Positions 60,855 through 64,000 of a DNA stretch of 64,000 nucleotides are shown in pieces. Position 1 is the stretch's first letter. Each line of letters begins with the position of its first letter. Source of the DNA: Bacteroidales bacterium. GTDB lineage: Bacteria; Bacteroidota; Bacteroidia; Bacteroidales; VadinHA17. Where the stretch lies: NCBI GenBank assembly GCA_003142255.1, contig PLLO01000018.1, forward strand, positions 193,129-257,128, written 5' to 3'. The notes beneath the pieces are model-generated. The model was not told where the DNA came from. It saw only the letters and a program-made list of their open reading frames with translations, and searched no databases. A program made the position numbers and the translations under genes.

Positions 60855-63842
60855 TTAAAATTCCACATTTACGCCAAGCATAAATGTTCTTGGACGCGGA
60901 TATATGTTGTTGTCGATTCCGCCGTAGATCTCAGGATCAAGACCAGTGTACCTTGTGATGGTAAACAGATTCTGGACGGATCCGTAGATTCTCATATTGC
61001 TCTTTTCGTTAAAGAGTTTCCTGACATTATAACCAAGTGTCATGTTGTCCATTTTAAAGAACGAACCATCCTCAAGGTAATAATCTGACCAGTACTGCGG
61101 ATTGGCAAAATTGGTCTTGAGAACGCTCCTGTTGAGGTTGGCGAGGAATCCTACAGACCTGTATATCTCGCTGTATGATCCGTAATTGGACGACATGTTG
61201 TTGTAAACAAGGTTACCAAGGCTTAATCTTCCGCTAAAGCTGAAATCGAGGTTTTTATATCTGAGGGTGGAAGAAATCCCTGCAAGCACCTTTGCATCGG
61301 GGCTGCCTGCTCTGTATTTGTCGAGGTCGCTGAATTTGCCATCGCCATTTCTGTCAACATAAAGGCCTTCGATAGGTTTTCCGTCTGCATCATAAACCTG
61401 CTCGTATACATAAAAAGAGCGGGAAGCGTAGCCAACGCTGTTAATCTCTATATAGTTACCAACGCCGCCGGCAATACCACCGGTTACAACACCTCTATAA
61501 CTCGGGTCGTTAGAAGAGGTAAGCTTGGTGATCTCATTATGGTTGAATGTGGCATTTAAACCAATTGTCCAGTCAATATCTTGTTTTTGGATTGCCCTGT
61601 AATTGAGTGAGAATTCCACGCCTTTATTGACCATGTTCCCGATGTTTGTAATGATCTGATTTGTAAGGTTTGTACCGGCTGCAGGAGGAATTATATTGAT
61701 CATGTCCTTCGTGGGTCGGTCATAAACGTCAATAGTACCAGTGATTTTGTTATTCAGGAAGCCGAAATCAAGACCTACGTTATATGTAGTTGTCTGTTCC
61801 CATTTAATATTTTTATCATAGCCAGCAGGGCGGATTGTTGTGATAAATGTGTTGCCAAACTGGTACTGGGCCGTCGATTGTCCGTATGCGTAGATCGGCA
61901 GGTAAGGATAGTCAACGAGTGTCGTGGCTGTACCTGATATAATATCCTGTTGACCCGTAATACCATATCCGAGACGAAGTTTCAATACGCTGACAGCAGA
62001 AGCATTTTTAAGGAAGCCTTCCTGTTTCATGTCCCAGGCAAATGCCAGCGACGGAAACATACCCCATTTGTTGCCTGTAGCAAAACGCGATGAACCATCA
62101 GCACGGAAAGTTGCGGTCAGCATATACTTTTCTGCCAGAACATAATTGACCCTTCCGAAGAAAGATACGAGGTAATCTTCGGTGGCTGAATGAAGAGGGT
62201 TATAGATATTGTGTGTACCCGCAACATTGGAGGAATAAGTGGAGTCATTCCTGTAAAAATATTGCCATTCATAACCTGCAGTTGCATCTATTCTGCTGTT
62301 TATCGAAGGAAGATCTTTTTTGTAATTCAGGTAAAAATCAAGAAGCTCATTCTTTAAATGCTGATCATAATAAGATTTAGTACCACCGCCGTTAGCAGCG
62401 TCAAAAGACCAGGCAGCAATTTCCGGCACATCTACATGACCGACACTTTTTGAAAAATCGCCTCCAAGGTTGAGGGTTGCTTTCAGTTCAGGAATAAAAG
62501 GAACTTTATAATCGAGCTGAACATTTCCAAGGACCCTGTTGACACCAGATTTGTCATTTCTCTGATAAAGCTGTGAAACAGGGTTGCTTGTAGCTATTGT
62601 TACCGGCAATCCTCCGGGTGTTTGTTCCCATGTCCAGTAGCCTCCGTACAAGTCCGATCCGGAGTATACAGGTTTTGTAGGATCAAATGCCATTGCAGAA
62701 CCAATTGCACCCCAGTTGGCAAACCGGTTGTTGATATGCATGAATTTGGAGTTGATGGTGACAGTAAGGCTGTTATTGAAAAATGAAGGATTTACGTTCA
62801 ATGAGCCAGTCACCCTGTCAAGTCCTGATGTCTTGAGAAGACCACTCTGGTCAGTAAAACCAACGGAAGCACGGAAAGGAATTGTCTTGAAGCTCCCGGA
62901 GAAGCTCAGGTTATGATCGTTGGAAATTGCAGTCTGATAAACTTTGTCCTGCCAGTTTGTGTTATCAAAAGTCAGAAGTTTGCCAGCAGCTGATGCTGCT
63001 CCATATTTATTTATTACAGCCTTGATGAACTCCTGAGTATTGAGAACATCTATCTGACCGGTCTTGGTTCCAAAAGAGACTGATCCGTCGTAGGTGACTT
63101 TCAGTGCTTTGTTCAGGAGCCCTTTCTTGGTGGTTATAAGGATAACCCCGTTGGAAGCCCTGGAACCATAGATGGCAGTTGCAGAGGCATCTTTCAGAAC
63201 TGTGAATGATTCGATATCATTCGAGTTAAGAAGGTTAAGAGCATTTGGCATACCCGATACGCTTCTGTTATCTATCGGAACGCCATCGATTACTATAAGC
63301 GGATCGTTGCTGGCTGACATTGAAGAACCACCCCTTATCCTGATTGTAGTTGCTGCTGAAGGATCACCACCTGCACTTACAACGGTAACCCCCGGAATCT
63401 TACCTGTGATAAGAGCCTGGGGAGATGAAACTGATCCTTTATTGAATTCGCGTTCGGAAACAGCGGATATGGAGCCTGTAACATCTTTCTTAGCTACAGT
63501 ACCATAACCGATTACCACTACTTCATTAAGATTCAGGGCGCCAATAGCGAGCGAAACATTAAATGAAGTACGGTTGTTCACAGGGATCTCCTGTGTAGTG
63601 TAACCAACATAAGAAACTATCAGAGTGGCCGAAGTCGAAACTGTCAGAGCAAAATTCCCTGATCCGTCTGTCAGTGTCCCGTTTGAAGTTCCCTTTTCCT
63701 GGATGGTAACACCAATCAAAGCGGAACCATCTGCTGCATCCGTCACTTTACCTGTAATTCTGGTCCCCTGGGCATTAATAGCCCCGGCAAGAAGAATTCC
63801 AAGAAAAAGCAGGGAGAGCATCGATAAAAGTCGTTTTTTCAT
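60855..63842 (-). CDS. susC: SusC/RagA-family TonB-dependent outer-membrane transporter
   Basis: Carboxypeptidase-regulatory-like N-domain (ITGKVTDAADGSALIGVTI), plug GSRASNGVILITTKKG, terminal F, 995 aa. Confidence 0.95.
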   Translation of the reverse strand: MKKRLLSMLSLLFLGILLAGAINAQGTRITGKVTDAADGSALIGVTIQEKGTSNGTLTDGSGNFALTVSTSATLIVSYVGYTTQEIPVNNRTSFNVSLAIGALNLNEVVVIGYGTVAKKDVTGSISAVSEREFNKGSVSSPQALITGKIPGVTVVSAGGDPSAATTIRIRGGSSMSASNDPLIVIDGVPIDNRSVSGMPNALNLLNSNDIESFTVLKDASATAIYGSRASNGVILITTKKGLLNKALKVTYDGSVSFGTKTGQIDVLNTQEFIKAVINKYGAASAAGKLLTFDNTNWQDKVYQTAISNDHNLSFSGSFKTIPFRASVGFTDQSGLLKTSGLDRVTGSLNVNPSFFNNSLTVTINSKFMHINNRFANWGAIGSAMAFDPTKPVYSGSDLYGGYWTWEQTPGGLPVTIATSNPVSQLYQRNDKSGVNRVLGNVQLDYKVPFIPELKATLNLGGDFSKSVGHVDVPEIAAWSFDAANGGGTKSYYDQHLKNELLDFYLNYKKDLPSINSRIDATAGYEWQYFYRNDSTYSSNVAGTHNIYNPLHSATEDYLVSFFGRVNYVLAEKYMLTATFRADGSSRFATGNKWGMFPSLAFAWDMKQEGFLKNASAVSVLKLRLGYGITGQQDIISGTATTLVDYPYLPIYAYGQSTAQYQFGNTFITTIRPAGYDKNIKWEQTTTYNVGLDFGFLNNKITGTIDVYDRPTKDMINIIPPAAGTNLTNQIITNIGNMVNKGVEFSLNYRAIQKQDIDWTIGLNATFNHNEITKLTSSNDPSYRGVVTGGIAGGVGNYIEINSVGYASRSFYVYEQVYDADGKPIEGLYVDRNGDGKFSDLDKYRAGSPDAKVLAGISSTLRYKNLDFSFSGRLSLGNLVYNNMSSNYGSYSEIYRSVGFLANLNRSVLKTNFANPQYWSDYYLEDGSFFKMDNMTLGYNVRKLFNEKSNMRIYGSVQNLFTITRYTGLDPEIYGGIDNNIYPRPRTFMLGVNVEF

Positions 63843-63917
63843 TGGATGTCTGGTTTAAGATTACAATAGTTAGAATTTTAAAATATATATAATTTATTTC
63901 TCTGGGTTAAAGAAAAA

Positions 63918-63925
63918 CAAATGTA
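63918..63925 (-). promoter_or_regulatory. -7 box TACATTTG upstream of susC
   Basis: Matches TAnnTTTG, ~76 nt upstream of the susC ATG. Confidence 0.5.
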
Positions 63926-63990
63926 AGAAGATAAAACAAATTACTCACAATTGAATCCATTAATTTTCAAGCAATTAACATACCTTACCG

Positions 63991-64000
63991 CAAACGTTTG
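63991..64000. promoter_or_regulatory. Operator-like palindrome CAAACGTTTG (site 3, at window edge)
   Basis: Perfect 10-bp palindrome ~150 nt upstream of susC. Confidence 0.45.

Overview
Bacteroidota chromosomal window, judged from a SusC/SusD PUL, the T9SS protein SprA, a T9SS-tailed amylase and TAnnTTTG-type -7 boxes. It has two parts. (1) Positions ~1695-28962 are a visibly AT-richer ~27 kb integrative mobilizable island inserted into the 3' end of tRNA-Ala(CGC). A 23-bp direct repeat marks both ends. The minus strand carries a tyrosine integrase, an Xis-like HTH, a VirE-type primase, a BtgA/BtgB-type mobilization pair and ParA; there are no conjugation genes. The cargo on the plus strand is the most interesting part of the window. 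It is a co-oriented array of eight 5'-truncated RHS/YD C-terminal toxin modules. Seven are followed by an immunity-type gene and one is a stub. The modules are joined by a repeated junction: a hairpin terminator, decayed minus-strand gene remnants, an invariant AGTTCTTTGAAA block (usually as AAAGTTCTTTGAAA), then WYDYGAR. The array is interspersed with two ParE/RelE toxin-antitoxin pairs, a translationally coupled pair of tyrosine recombinases and an IS3 element. This looks like an integron-like, recombinase-associated orphan toxin/immunity array carried on a mobilizable element. (2) The flanks are core genome. To the left are an ABC-F ATPase with a broken frame and an MBL hydrolase. To the right are superoxide reductase, an M23 peptidase, dxr, rseP, tatA, a CofH/Mqn radical-SAM gene, pepA, pdxA, ruvA and sprA, then a maltodextrin/starch locus (MFS transporter, pgmB, GH65, three GH13 genes, GH53, SusE/F, SusD, SusC). 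This locus carries a recurring CAAACGTTTG operator-like palindrome. No rRNA genes or CRISPR arrays were seen.
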